Source: a virus (Duplodnaviria > Heunggongvirae > Uroviricota > Caudoviricetes). Taken from it: a stretch of DNA of 64,000 nucleotides. Positions 55,594-64,000 of the stretch are shown in pieces. Location of the stretch: IMG/VR virus record IMGVR_UViG_2877982868_000014. One strand, given 5' to 3'. The translations under genes and the position numbers were made by a program. The notes under the pieces were generated by a model. That model made no database searches and was not told the DNA's origin. It worked only from the letters and a program-made list of their open reading frames with translations. The number at the start of each line of letters is the position of its first letter. The first letter of the stretch is position 1.

Positions 55594-56234
55594 TTTTCAG
55601 AATACCTCTCCCGTTTACTCAGTTGTTCAGGCAGATGGTGAAGCAGTTCACCGTTGCCGCAGTATATGGCGGCATGATTGGCCACCGATGCGCCAAAGCA
55701 GCACAGCAGGATATCGCCCGCCTGTGCAGAGGACAGGGGCACCCGGTAAAAACCAGTCGCCGCCATATTGTCCAGGTAAAGGTTCTGACCGTTGCGCCAC
55801 CAGTCATCCTCACGCTCAAAATCCGGCAGCGTTATCCCCGCCAGATGGTATGCATCCCGGAACAGGGTGTAACAGTCCGTCACCCCGTGCTCAAAACGAC
55901 GCCCGGTCAGGTGCGGCACACAGCGGAATTTGTGAATTTCCCCCCGGCAGACCAGCCACCAGGGCAGGGCACTCTTTATCTGCAGCCGCCGGTCGGCCTC
56001 GCTCAGCCAGGGCAGACCACCAGGGTGGCTGTGAACCAGCGCCACAATCTCCCCCTGCATCTCTGCCTGCAGCCAGTCTTCCGGCGCAATACGAAAATAC
56101 GCCTCCGGCTCTGCGGAGATATTCACGCAGGGCTGGTACCGTTCGCCCTCCGGGGTGCCTATCACGAAGCCGCACGACTCCGCAGGCGCACACCGCCGGG
56201 CATGCACCAGAATCGCTGATTCAGTCTGTGTCAT
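55491..56234 (-). CDS. K: tail assembly protein K (MPN/NlpC-P60 type)
   Basis: Start MTQTESAILVHARRCAP at 56234. HSHP motif and NlpC/P60-like Cys region. The upstream part of the ORF was discarded. Confidence 0.88.
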   Translation of the reverse strand: MTQTESAILVHARRCAPAESCGFVIGTPEGERYQPCVNISAEPEAYFRIAPEDWLQAEMQGEIVALVHSHPGGLPWLSEADRRLQIKSALPWWLVCRGEIHKFRCVPHLTGRRFEHGVTDCYTLFRDAYHLAGITLPDFEREDDWWRNGQNLYLDNMAATGFYRVPLSSAQAGDILLCCFGASVANHAAIYCGNGELLHHLPEQLSKRERYSEKWQRRTHSVWRHRHWHASAFTGICNDLAAASACT

Positions 56235-56244
56235 AAAACAGGAT

Positions 56245-56943
56245 TTACTGCGAAAGTTTATTGATGGAAAGGAAACCGCCAAAATTAGCCACCATGCCGC
56301 GCATCTCACACCCGCGCATGCATTTACTGCATCTGTCCTTCCGGATATCCGTGGTGGGGTTGTCGAACTCATCCGCCACTGCCGGACCGTTATACCCGCA
56401 TTCATCGCCCCGGTAATCCCACATACAGGTGTTCGCCAGCATGATGCGACCGGGAAACAGCGCCCCGTCCGTCTCCGTCGGTGTCGCCAGCACAAACGAG
56501 GCCGTCATGGCCGTCAGCGATGACATCTGCTCCACCACCCACCGGTCCGTCAGCTCCTGCTCAGGGTCTGCCTCAGGATTGCCTGCCACAAAATTCACCG
56601 CATCCAGAAAACGGGCATACACCCGGCGGCGGACCACCGTGGCCCCCACCAGGCTCTGCAGGTCCTCCGCCATCCCGGTGACCAGACCAAACAGATTCGA
56701 CACCGTCAGCGACGGTCTGGCACTGCTGCCCTTCCCGTTCATCTCAAAGCCACTGCCGTCAATCGGGTATGCCTGATATTGCCGCCCCTGCCAGGTAACC
56801 GCCTCCCCTTTTTCATTCAGCTCATTGCAGAAAAAATACCGCTCACCGCCCTGCGCCGTCAGGTCGATTTCCCAGAGTACCACCCGCGGTGACTGCTCTG
56901 ATTTAACCGACTCGTTCAGACTTTCTTCGTGAATATCCTGCAT
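56245..56943 (-). CDS. L: minor tail protein L
   Basis: 232 aa, colinear with lambda L including the C-terminal Cys cluster. Confidence 0.9.
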   Translation of the reverse strand: MQDIHEESLNESVKSEQSPRVVLWEIDLTAQGGERYFFCNELNEKGEAVTWQGRQYQAYPIDGSGFEMNGKGSSARPSLTVSNLFGLVTGMAEDLQSLVGATVVRRRVYARFLDAVNFVAGNPEADPEQELTDRWVVEQMSSLTAMTASFVLATPTETDGALFPGRIMLANTCMWDYRGDECGYNGPAVADEFDNPTTDIRKDRCSKCMRGCEMRGMVANFGGFLSINKLSQ

Positions 56944-57272
56944 CAGTTCACCACCTGCTTAAACTCCGCGCTGAACTCAACGCGCAACATCCCGACCCGC
57001 GCAGACCACCCGGCACAGGTCACCTTTATCTGCCGGTATGCATAGGGTGGCTTCCACAAAAATGCCTTCCAGCCTCCGTGCTCTGCCAGGAACGCTTCCA
57101 GATGCCGGGCCTCCTCCCGGGTCACGGAAAGCGTCACACGGTATGTTTTCAGGTCAGCATTCAGCCCTGCCGCCATACGCTGTGAGTACCCGTCACCAAA
57201 ACGCACTTCACGCACCGATGGCTGCGAGTTCACCTCCATATCCGGCTTCACTTTCCAGCGAAAGGTTTTCAT
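56943..57272 (-). CDS. M: minor tail protein M
   Basis: 109 aa, in the lambda M position. Confidence 0.88.
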   Translation of the reverse strand: MKTFRWKVKPDMEVNSQPSVREVRFGDGYSQRMAAGLNADLKTYRVTLSVTREEARHLEAFLAEHGGWKAFLWKPPYAYRQIKVTCAGWSARVGMLRVEFSAEFKQVVN

Positions 57273-59923
57273 CGCCCGCTCCCCGATAACATACCGCCAT
57301 CACGCAACTGCAGCCGGAGCTCATCCTGCGCCCCCTTGCGGGCCATGTCATACACCGCCTTCATCAGCTGCGGCCCCGCCTGTCCGTTGGTGCCGTCGTT
57401 CTGAATCACCACGTGATTGTTCTGATTAAAATTAATACCTTCCGCCCGCCGCATCTGCGCCGGACTTCCGGCACCACCCACATAACCACCTTCCGCATAG
57501 CCGCGCATCAGACGGTAAAGATTCCCCACACCTATCCGGCTGGTTGCCTCTTTCGTGAAAACAAACTCCCCGCGGTGAACTATCCCCGCAGGCTCATATT
57601 TGCCGCCCGTCCCCGTAAATCCTCCGGTCGCGAAATGGAAGTTCGCCGCCGCAGCCTGAATGGCCGTCCCCGAGGAAGCAGATGCACCACCACCGAAAGC
57701 ACCGCCAATGGCGCTGCCGATACGCCCGACAATGCCCACCATGGCCTGTTTAAGCAGGATTTCTGTCATCATGGACAGCACCGAACGGGTGAATCCCCGC
57801 CAGTCTGCCTCTGCACCGGTCAGCATCGCCGCCATATTCTGTGCAATACCGTCAAAGGTCTGCGTGGCAGCACTTTTAACCTGCGAAAAACTGTCCGTCG
57901 CACTTTCCGCCCACTCGCCCCAGCCGGACTTCAGCCCGGCCATCCAGCTTCCACGAAGCTGCTCCTCCGCAGACCTGGTGTTCTTCAGTGCCGATGTGGC
58001 CTTCGCCAGCGCAGCCGGATTATCACCGTACACGTCCCGAAGACGCTGCGCTTCAGACTCCCGCTGCGCCTGACGGTCAGTGAGACCGCGGGCTTTTGCG
58101 CTGATGGCGGCCTGCTTCGCGCTCTGCTGCTCTTCAAACCGCACCGCCTGCTGTGCCAGCTCATTCAGGCGTTTCTGGTATTCAACCTTGTCGCCCAGCT
58201 CAGCCAGCTGGCGTTTGTACTCCAGCGTCTCGTCTTTATGCGCCAGCAGGGATTTTTCCTGCTCAGATAACTGTCGTTTCGTGGCAGCCTCTTTCAGGAC
58301 CGCATACTGACTTTCCGCCTTCCATAAATCACGGCGCTGCCGGCTGATTTTCTCATTCGCACCGCTGTGTTTTTCCAGCGTCCTGAGCTCAGCTTCAAGG
58401 GCAAGCAGAGCCTCTCTTGCCTGCTCCTCTTCCCTCTCCCCGGCAGAGCGCGTTTTCGGTGATGTATGCTTTTTACCTGTCAGCTCTTCAGCCAGACGGC
58501 TGACGGCTTCCTGCTGCCCCGGACCTTTGCTGACGCCTGTTGCACGCGAACGGTTGATGTACCCCATTTCCCCCTGGCGTATACGCGCATCCCGTTCCGC
58601 AATGGATTTTCTCAGCGCCAGTTCATCACGTTTTGTTTTCTCAATAAATACGCGGTTCTCTTCTGCCAGTTCACCAAACAACGCACCAACGCCGGGCACA
58701 TTCTTTGTCGTTTCCCAGGCTGACTGAATAAATTCAGCCAGCGCCAGATCCCCCTGCACAAGCAGCAGCTTCACCTGTTCAACGGTTCCTGCCACCACGT
58801 CAGTGATCAGACTGAGTGCCCCCAGTGTATGATCACCTATCCATGCCCATGCGTCAGAAGTCCAGGTTTTAACATCGTCCCAGATTTTTTCCACCGGCGT
58901 GGCCGCTTTATCAAGTTGCTCCAGACGTGCATTCATGACATCCGCAAACAGGGACATCGCCTCCGTCACCGCAGCCTGTTTACCTTTCGTGCGCTCAAGC
59001 TCATCAATATGGCGTAACTGGGAAACGCTCAGGAAGTTATACTGCTGATTCAGGGAGGCCAGCGCCTTCACCGGATCTGCTGCAATCCCTTCAAAGGCTT
59101 TTTCCACCTTCCCGGCATCGTCCCCCACCGTCTGCAGCCATCTCTGAGAGGTTTCCCCCATGATCCGTAGCTGCCCGGCGGTATATTTCCCGCTTTCTGC
59201 CAGACGGGCCAGATTTTCTGCCGCCTGTCTGATACCACCACCGGCTTCATCGCTGATCACCCCGGCCATTTTCCACAATTCTGCCGTTGTGGTGGCAGCA
59301 GCCCCTCCGGTCAGGGTCAGTGAACGCAATAAGGCCCGGTCAGCCTGCTCTGCCTGCCAGGCGGCGGCAGCAAGCGCGGCCAGTACGGCAACCCCGCCAC
59401 CTGCCGCCACACGGGCCACCGACATAAATCGTCCCAGCTCACCGGCATTCCGGGCATTTTCAGCCAGTGCATTTGCCGTATCTGACAGCGACTCCTCTGA
59501 TGATTCAGAGGCATCCCTGATCCCGAGAAGTTCCTCCTTCAGCAGGGTAAGCAGGCTGAGCGGTCCACCGAATGAATCGCTGATCTGCCCCCCCTGCTGC
59601 AGCATGATAAGGAAGGGATTCTGACCACCGGCAAGCTGAGTGACAATATCCGTGAACTGTGCGGGCAGTGTGCGCATGGCAGCCTTATACTGTCCGACTG
59701 ATATCCCGGCTTTTTGTGCAGCCAGCGCCTGTCGGCTCAGACTCTGCTCAGCAGCATCAGCCTGTTTTCTGAAAGACTGACTGACTTTCCCGGACATCAA
59801 ATCAGCAAGCGCACTGGTTTCACCCAGCTCTTTTTTTACCCGCGCTGCCTCTTCAGAAAAACGGGCAGAATCCAGTGTCAGCACGGCTGTCAGATCGGCA
59901 AAATTACCTGCCATCGTGGTCAC
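57269..59923 (-). CDS. H: tail length tape measure protein H
   Basis: 884 aa. Long stretches parallel lambda H (...SLSRQALAAQKAGISVGQYKAAMR..., ...HRGEFVFTKEATSRIGVGNLYRLMRGYA...). Confidence 0.92.
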   Translation of the reverse strand: MTTMAGNFADLTAVLTLDSARFSEEAARVKKELGETSALADLMSGKVSQSFRKQADAAEQSLSRQALAAQKAGISVGQYKAAMRTLPAQFTDIVTQLAGGQNPFLIMLQQGGQISDSFGGPLSLLTLLKEELLGIRDASESSEESLSDTANALAENARNAGELGRFMSVARVAAGGGVAVLAALAAAAWQAEQADRALLRSLTLTGGAAATTTAELWKMAGVISDEAGGGIRQAAENLARLAESGKYTAGQLRIMGETSQRWLQTVGDDAGKVEKAFEGIAADPVKALASLNQQYNFLSVSQLRHIDELERTKGKQAAVTEAMSLFADVMNARLEQLDKAATPVEKIWDDVKTWTSDAWAWIGDHTLGALSLITDVVAGTVEQVKLLLVQGDLALAEFIQSAWETTKNVPGVGALFGELAEENRVFIEKTKRDELALRKSIAERDARIRQGEMGYINRSRATGVSKGPGQQEAVSRLAEELTGKKHTSPKTRSAGEREEEQAREALLALEAELRTLEKHSGANEKISRQRRDLWKAESQYAVLKEAATKRQLSEQEKSLLAHKDETLEYKRQLAELGDKVEYQKRLNELAQQAVRFEEQQSAKQAAISAKARGLTDRQAQRESEAQRLRDVYGDNPAALAKATSALKNTRSAEEQLRGSWMAGLKSGWGEWAESATDSFSQVKSAATQTFDGIAQNMAAMLTGAEADWRGFTRSVLSMMTEILLKQAMVGIVGRIGSAIGGAFGGGASASSGTAIQAAAANFHFATGGFTGTGGKYEPAGIVHRGEFVFTKEATSRIGVGNLYRLMRGYAEGGYVGGAGSPAQMRRAEGINFNQNNHVVIQNDGTNGQAGPQLMKAVYDMARKGAQDELRLQLRDGGMLSGSGR

Positions 59924-59957
59924 CTCCTGAAATGTCCTCTGATACCATCAATAACTG

Positions 59958-60317
59958 TCACAACCTCCTTCCCTCCTCCCCGAAACGGACTCCACCGGCG
60001 AGGCCCGCCGCCTTCTGCATCAGTACATCATTTTCGTCCGGCGTCTCCGCCTGTCCTTCCTCTGCCTCCGGAGCGAACAGGCTGAAATCCGCCGGATGCA
60101 TATCCGGATCGCAAAAAAACAGGCTGAGTACGGCGTACATCAGCCCGGAAAAATGCATATCCAGCTGGGTATCCTGAAAATAATGCGTGCAGTAAAAACG
60201 TCGCCAGTCGGCATATTCGGTGGATGTCATCCCGGCAAGCATGGCGCGCCAGTCGGCTCTCCCCATCTCACGCGCCAGTTTCAGGACAAAGTTCAGCTCG
60301 CCTTCGAATGCTTTTTT
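59958..60317 (-). CDS. T: T segment of the G-T tail assembly chaperone (-1 frameshift product)
   Basis: Slippery A AAA AAG at 60311-60317 in the G frame. The -1 frame continues KKAFEGELNFVLKLAREMGRADW... to the stop at 59958. Confidence 0.8.
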   Translation of the reverse strand, partial: KKAFEGELNFVLKLAREMGRADWRAMLAGMTSTEYADWRRFYCTHYFQDTQLDMHFSGLMYAVLSLFFCDPDMHPADFSLFAPEAEEGQAETPDENDVLMQKAAGLAGGVRFGEEGRRL

Positions 60318-60715
60318 GATGTTACCGGCTCAGTCGCTTCTGTTTTCCCGGTTGGTTCAGGATCGGCATCGTGCCGGTTATCCAGCATACCTGAAAGATA
60401 AAGCACCCGGTTCGTTGCCTGATTCAGTGCATCAGCAGGCCATCCCAGCATCACTTCACGGCGGATCTGCTGCATCTCTGTCTCCGGAGAGGCCAGAGTG
60501 CCTTTGAGGGAATGGGAATGCCATAGCGACATCGCCACAAGCAGGGATGCCGTTTCCAGATATCGCTGGTTAATGTGCACGACATCATGCTTCGTTGTCT
60601 CCTGTTGTTCTGCGTCTGAAACAAACTTTATATAATCAAACCGCTGCAGCGCAGACAATTCGGAAAGCGTGACGGACACACCGTTATATTCAAATTGTTC
60701 TGTTTTCAGAAACAT
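60293..60715 (-). CDS. G: tail assembly chaperone G
   Basis: 140 aa, upstream of H. Contains the slippery site near its 3' end. Confidence 0.85.
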   Translation of the reverse strand: MFLKTEQFEYNGVSVTLSELSALQRFDYIKFVSDAEQQETTKHDVVHINQRYLETASLLVAMSLWHSHSLKGTLASPETEMQQIRREVMLGWPADALNQATNRVLYLSGMLDNRHDADPEPTGKTEATEPVTSKKHSKAS

Positions 60716-60728
60716 GTATTACCTCCGT

Positions 60729-61481
60729 TTACCCTGCAGCGCCCGCTTCAGTAACGGTGACTTCAGCCACTGCGGCGAACTGACCATTTCCGCTCACCAC
60801 AGGGATCTGCACCTTACCTGTCGCCACGCCGTTTACCGTAATTGTCATATCTTTCACACTAATGGTGGCTTTCGACGGATCGGCGGAAACCGCTCTGAAC
60901 GTCTTGTCGGTTGCACTTTCCGGCTCAAAAGAAACCGTCAGGGTGGTTGTTTTCCCTTTTGCCACCGTACCGGATGTCGGTGTCACCTTAATTGCAGTGG
61001 CCGGCGTAATTTCGCTGCGTTCTTCCGCCACGGAAGGTTTGCCCACGTTAGTGACTTTCACCGTGCGGGTGATCACTTCTTTCGCCGTCACGGCCTTACC
61101 GATACTGCTGACCCAGCCACGGAACACATCCACCGTGCCATTTGGGAAACGGATTTTATAGGCCCGCACATCCCCGCTTTCAAACCAGCCTATAAGCCCT
61201 TTCTGACCTTCTTCTCCCGGTTTCCAGGCCAGCGTAAAACTGGTATCTCCTGCAGACTTCTGCCCCTGCCCGGTCGCGGTCCAGTCCGCGTCTTCATCAT
61301 CCAGGTAGTTATCATCGTAGGGTTCTGCCGTCATCTCGCCCGGCGTCAGATCCTTCACCTTAGCCAGTCGCTGCCAGTCATCGTCTGACAACGGGTTTGC
61401 ATAAGCATCACCCTTGCCGTTGTAAACCCACAGAGTGGTACCGGCACCTTTTACCGGCTCAAGGGGATTTGGTGTTGCCAT
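60729..61481 (-). CDS. V: major tail protein V with C-terminal Ig-like domain
   Basis: 250 aa. ...[23 protein letters not shown]...[42 protein letters not shown] closely parallels lambda V. Confidence 0.92.
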   Translation of the reverse strand: MATPNPLEPVKGAGTTLWVYNGKGDAYANPLSDDDWQRLAKVKDLTPGEMTAEPYDDNYLDDEDADWTATGQGQKSAGDTSFTLAWKPGEEGQKGLIGWFESGDVRAYKIRFPNGTVDVFRGWVSSIGKAVTAKEVITRTVKVTNVGKPSVAEERSEITPATAIKVTPTSGTVAKGKTTTLTVSFEPESATDKTFRAVSADPSKATISVKDMTITVNGVATGKVQIPVVSGNGQFAAVAEVTVTEAGAAG

Positions 61482-61488
61482 ATCGTCC

Positions 61489-61887
61489 TCACATCTCGTA
61501 GGTAATTTTCCACAGGAGATCTGCCGATCCCCACATCATAAACTCATCATCCCGGCGGTAGTCATACCCCTGAAGATTCATCTTCAGCAGTAATGCACTG
61601 AGCCCGGGAACTGCCTCCAGCGCAGGAAGAATTTTTTCTTCCATCCACATATCCAGTGCCGAGTCCGGTTCTTTTGCCCTGAGAAAAACCTCAATATGCA
61701 GTGTCGCCTCCCAGGTTCCCTCATCAACGAACTCGTCAGCAGCAGACGCATCTGTCAGGTAAACAGCAACAGCAGGCAGTTCCTGTTCATCAATAAAAAC
61801 CGGGCGACCGTCAAACCAGCTCACCCTCTCAGAAATATTTTCTTTCAGGGCAGACAGAACTGCCGCCCGTATTTCACGGTGTTTCAT
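61489..61887 (-). CDS. U: tail terminator protein U
   Basis: 132 aa. [14 protein letters not shown]...GYDYRRDD...ITYEM parallels lambda U. Confidence 0.9.
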   Translation of the reverse strand: MKHREIRAAVLSALKENISERVSWFDGRPVFIDEQELPAVAVYLTDASAADEFVDEGTWEATLHIEVFLRAKEPDSALDMWMEEKILPALEAVPGLSALLLKMNLQGYDYRRDDEFMMWGSADLLWKITYEM

Positions 61888-61899
61888 ACACCCTCCCAG

Positions 61900-62529
61900 T
61901 CATTTTCTTTTCAGCACCAGGCGTAACTGATGCGTCATGGCTTTCATCATCTGCGCCGGTAATTTTTCCCGGTACATCCGGTCCCGTTCACGTTCAAAGG
62001 TTTCTGCCAGCGGTCCGGCAGTCGTAATCTTCACCACTTCGATCGGCAGACGGTGGCGTTTCGGCCTCCCTTTGCTGTCCGCGCCGGTGGATGATGATGC
62101 CCACGGCATACGCTGCATCACATGCCAGCGTCCGTTAGCCAGCCGGGTGATAAAGGCGTCCGGGATCCGTCTTTTCCCCACAATCAGCACACTGCCGCCC
62201 CCTTTCAGGGCCGCACGCTGTCCTTTCTTTCTCCGTTTTCTGCGGGAAAGTCGAACGCGGGCCTCCCCCAGTTTGATGGCGGGCAGGTTGCCGGTATTGA
62301 TGTAAACCTTTGCGTAAACCTTATCCGGTCGTGCCGGACTTAACCGGATGCGGGCACGGATAAGACGACGGGGAACGGCCAGCTCCCTGGCAACTGAAGA
62401 GGCCGTTTTCGCAATAATGGCCCCCGCCACTCGGTTCAGTGTCGTGGCAGAGGCCCGGGGAACGGCACGGCGATCAATTGCATCCAGATTTTTCATGGCC
62501 TGCGCCAGACCTTTTATTGCCATACTCAT
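61900..62529 (-). CDS. Z: tail completion protein Z
   Basis: 209 aa. ...RRKRRKKGQRAALKGGGSVLIVGKRRIPDAFI..NGRWHVMQR parallels lambda Z. Confidence 0.88.
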   Translation of the reverse strand: MSMAIKGLAQAMKNLDAIDRRAVPRASATTLNRVAGAIIAKTASSVARELAVPRRLIRARIRLSPARPDKVYAKVYINTGNLPAIKLGEARVRLSRRKRRKKGQRAALKGGGSVLIVGKRRIPDAFITRLANGRWHVMQRMPWASSSTGADSKGRPKRHRLPIEVVKITTAGPLAETFERERDRMYREKLPAQMMKAMTHQLRLVLKRK

Positions 62530-62807
62530 TCCTGTTCGACAAAAATCCGGGGTTTACCGTTGTACGTGTCATAACGGGTCACCGTCAGTGTGCGCCCCGC
62601 AAACACAACAACATCATGACGGGCCGGACGGTACCGGGCTGAAAACACCACCAGTGACAACTGGCTGCCCGAAAGCGCCCCCATCTCCGCGGACTCTTCC
62701 TCCGGCATCACGTCGTACACGACGCCGTTAATCTCCGCCTGTTTGCCCATCACCCGAACGGTCGCCACGTCCATCCGGCAACACATTCGCGTAAACAGAT
62801 CAGACAT
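62526..62807 (-). CDS. head-tail joining protein (functional FII position, family uncertain)
   Basis: 93 aa, located between the DUF2190-like gene and Z. Not similar to lambda FII by eye. Confidence 0.5.
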   Translation of the reverse strand: MSDLFTRMCCRMDVATVRVMGKQAEINGVVYDVMPEEESAEMGALSGSQLSLVVFSARYRPARHDVVVFAGRTLTVTRYDTYNGKPRIFVEQE

Positions 62808-63126
62808 TGATTTTTACCGCCACAGTGGCGCTGTTTGCAGGGGCATTTTCCCAGGCTACCCCCGCTGCCACCGCACCGTCTGCAGCCAGCTGCACAACCC
62901 CGTCCTTCAGATAAACCACCGCGCCGGACTGAATGTCGTCAGCAGACTGTTTGGGCAGCAGGAACACGCCTTCGGCAAAACCGTCACCGGCCTCACCGGC
63001 AGGAATATCGGTAATGGCCACGGCCACCATACTGCCGACCACCACCGCAGCACCGCTCAGGATGGTCTGATCTCCGGCATTCACCAGTTCAATGGTGGTA
63101 CCGTCCTGTACAAAATTTTTCGCCAT
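62800..63126 (-). CDS. DUF2190-like head accessory/decoration protein
   Basis: 108 aa. Gly/Ala/Val-rich beta-type sequence directly downstream of the capsid gene. Confidence 0.6.
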   Translation of the reverse strand: MAKNFVQDGTTIELVNAGDQTILSGAAVVVGSMVAVAITDIPAGEAGDGFAEGVFLLPKQSADDIQSGAVVYLKDGVVQLAADGAVAAGVAWENAPANSATVAVKINV

Positions 63127-63172
63127 AATGCTGTTTCTCCGGACAGCCCCTGTGGGGCTGTTTTTCAGGCAT

Positions 63173-63191
63173 AAAAAAAGCCCTTTCGGGC
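63173..63191 (-). terminator. short intrinsic terminator/attenuator after the capsid gene
   Basis: Minus strand: GCCC-GAAA-GGGC followed by T7. A second hairpin CAGCCCC-TGT-GGGGCTG lies at 63144-63160. Confidence 0.45.
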
Positions 63192-63213
63192 AGTGATTGT
63201 GATAACGCGGTTA

Positions 63214-64000
63214 TCAGGCCACCGACGAACGCACCAGCCCGCGCCAGTCAAGTGGTGCCACTCCGGCATCAATACGGATTTTTGTGGCAATGCCGTCAGT
63301 GGTGAAACCTTCCTGCTGATCAATGTATGGCGTGTCCACACCATCCAGCCAGGCCACTTCAATGGTGTCAGTGCCCTGTGCCGCCGCCAGATACCAGGTT
63401 TTCGGGTCTGCCGCATCAAGACGCGCTTCTGCAATCACCTCAGCAAAGTTCTGGATAGGGTTAATGACACCGGCGTTTGCATCCGCCCCTTTCACACTGG
63501 CCGATTTGATGGTCTGGTTCGCCACCGTCTCCAGTGCCACCGGTACCAGCATAAAGGCCGGACGGATATTCAGGGCACGATCGCCTTCTTTCTGCAGGCG
63601 CATCATCTGACGGGCCGCATCCAGTCCGGAAACGGAGATCCCCCCGGTGGCAATATTTTTGTGATCGGCATGGAACAGCGCCTTACCGTCGGACAGTTTC
63701 GGGTTATCCGTCAGCACCTTGTAGACCAGGTCACCAATCGTTGCCTTCGCCGCACGCCCCATCTTCATCGGCACGTCCACCAGCATATTCAGATCATCAT
63801 TGATAATGGCCTGGCGGGTGATGGAGAAAATCTCCCCGTAAGTGGCCAGTGCAATGGTCTCCTTGCGATCTGAGGTGGTGATGTATTTATACTCCGCCCC
63901 CTCACGAACCTGGCGCAGAGAACCAAAACCGCCCATCCCCACGCGATACGCTGTTTTGAAGTCTGACAGGCGTCCCTTACGGGTCCACTTCTGGAAGGTT
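63214..64000 (-). CDS. major capsid protein, C-terminal part (5' end beyond the window)
   Basis: The frame stays open to the window edge upstream of the listed ATG at 63942. HK97-fold-like capsid sequence in the head-gene position. Confidence 0.7.
   Translation of the reverse strand, partial: TFQKWTRKGRLSDFKTAYRVGMGGFGSLRQVREGAEYKYITTSDRKETIALATYGEIFSITRQAIINDDLNMLVDVPMKMGRAAKATIGDLVYKVLTDNPKLSDGKALFHADHKNIATGGISVSGLDAARQMMRLQKEGDRALNIRPAFMLVPVALETVANQTIKSASVKGADANAGVINPIQNFAEVIAEARLDAADPKTWYLAAAQGTDTIEVAWLDGVDTPYIDQQEGFTTDGIATKIRIDAGVAPLDWRGLVRSSVA

Larger units (their letters stand above)
48045..64000 (-). mobile_element. lambdoid prophage, tail-fibre/tail/head end (partial, continues beyond the window)
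   Basis: Lambda-colinear Z-U-V-G/T-H-M-L-K-I-J-lom-stf on the minus strand, starting at the mlrA junction. Confidence 0.9.

Noticed and set aside
56235-56495. N-terminal extension of the K ORF (ORF-track start at 56495)
   Set aside because: The extension overlaps gene L in another frame. The lambda-K-like sequence begins at MTQTESAIL (56234).
57413-58270. 285-aa plus-strand ORF (and others inside 57269-59923)
   Set aside because: It is antisense to the lambda-H-like tape measure gene. The sequence is Arg/Pro-rich shadow sequence.
48045-64000. Labelling the lambdoid prophage as Stx-converting
   Set aside because: The integration site fits Stx1 phages, but the window contains no stx, Q or lysis region. 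Toxin status cannot be inferred.
1-64000. CRISPR arrays, rRNA genes, integrons
   Set aside because: No regularly spaced direct repeats with unique spacers and no rRNA-like sequences were seen. The only periodic DNA is the collagen-repeat tract.

Overview
This is an E. coli-type chromosome segment. The yehM-yehP-yehQ-yehR-yehS-btsR-btsS-mlrA locus (39301-48045) carries three mobile elements. (1) 1-39300 is a nearly complete Mu-like transposable prophage on the minus strand. Its gene order is repressor/ner/A/B, a block of small early genes, gam, gemA, mor, lysis, terminase, portal, F, G, I, T, sheath, tube, tape measure, baseplate, an invertible tail-fibre segment, gin, com and mom. It is inserted inside yehM. 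Its left terminus is at 39300 and its right end lies just off the window start. It also carries about 3.3 kb of non-Mu cargo between gin and com-mom, including a NanS-like sialate O-acetylesterase. (2) A 1310-bp IS629 copy (42895-44204, 3-bp GAT duplication) sits in the yehQ stop codon. (3) 48045-64000 is the tail and head end of a lambdoid prophage integrated in mlrA (yehV) after codon 22. Its genes are dinI-like, a collagen-repeat side tail fibre, lom, J, I, K, L, M, H, G/T, V, U, Z, head-tail genes and a partial capsid gene. No rRNA gene, complete tRNA gene or CRISPR array was seen. The observations most worth follow-up are: the cargo module with orphan plus-strand terminators next to a 60-aa membrane peptide; the asymmetric Gin-invertible segment (two fibre tips, one chaperone); a tRNA-like element between Mu F and G; the uncharacterised early-gene block; the IS629 stop-codon insertion; a tail-fibre-tip paralogue ORF; and a 240-bp insert between lambda-type I and J. 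All product calls rest on my own recognition of the translated sequences and on synteny. No database search was run.
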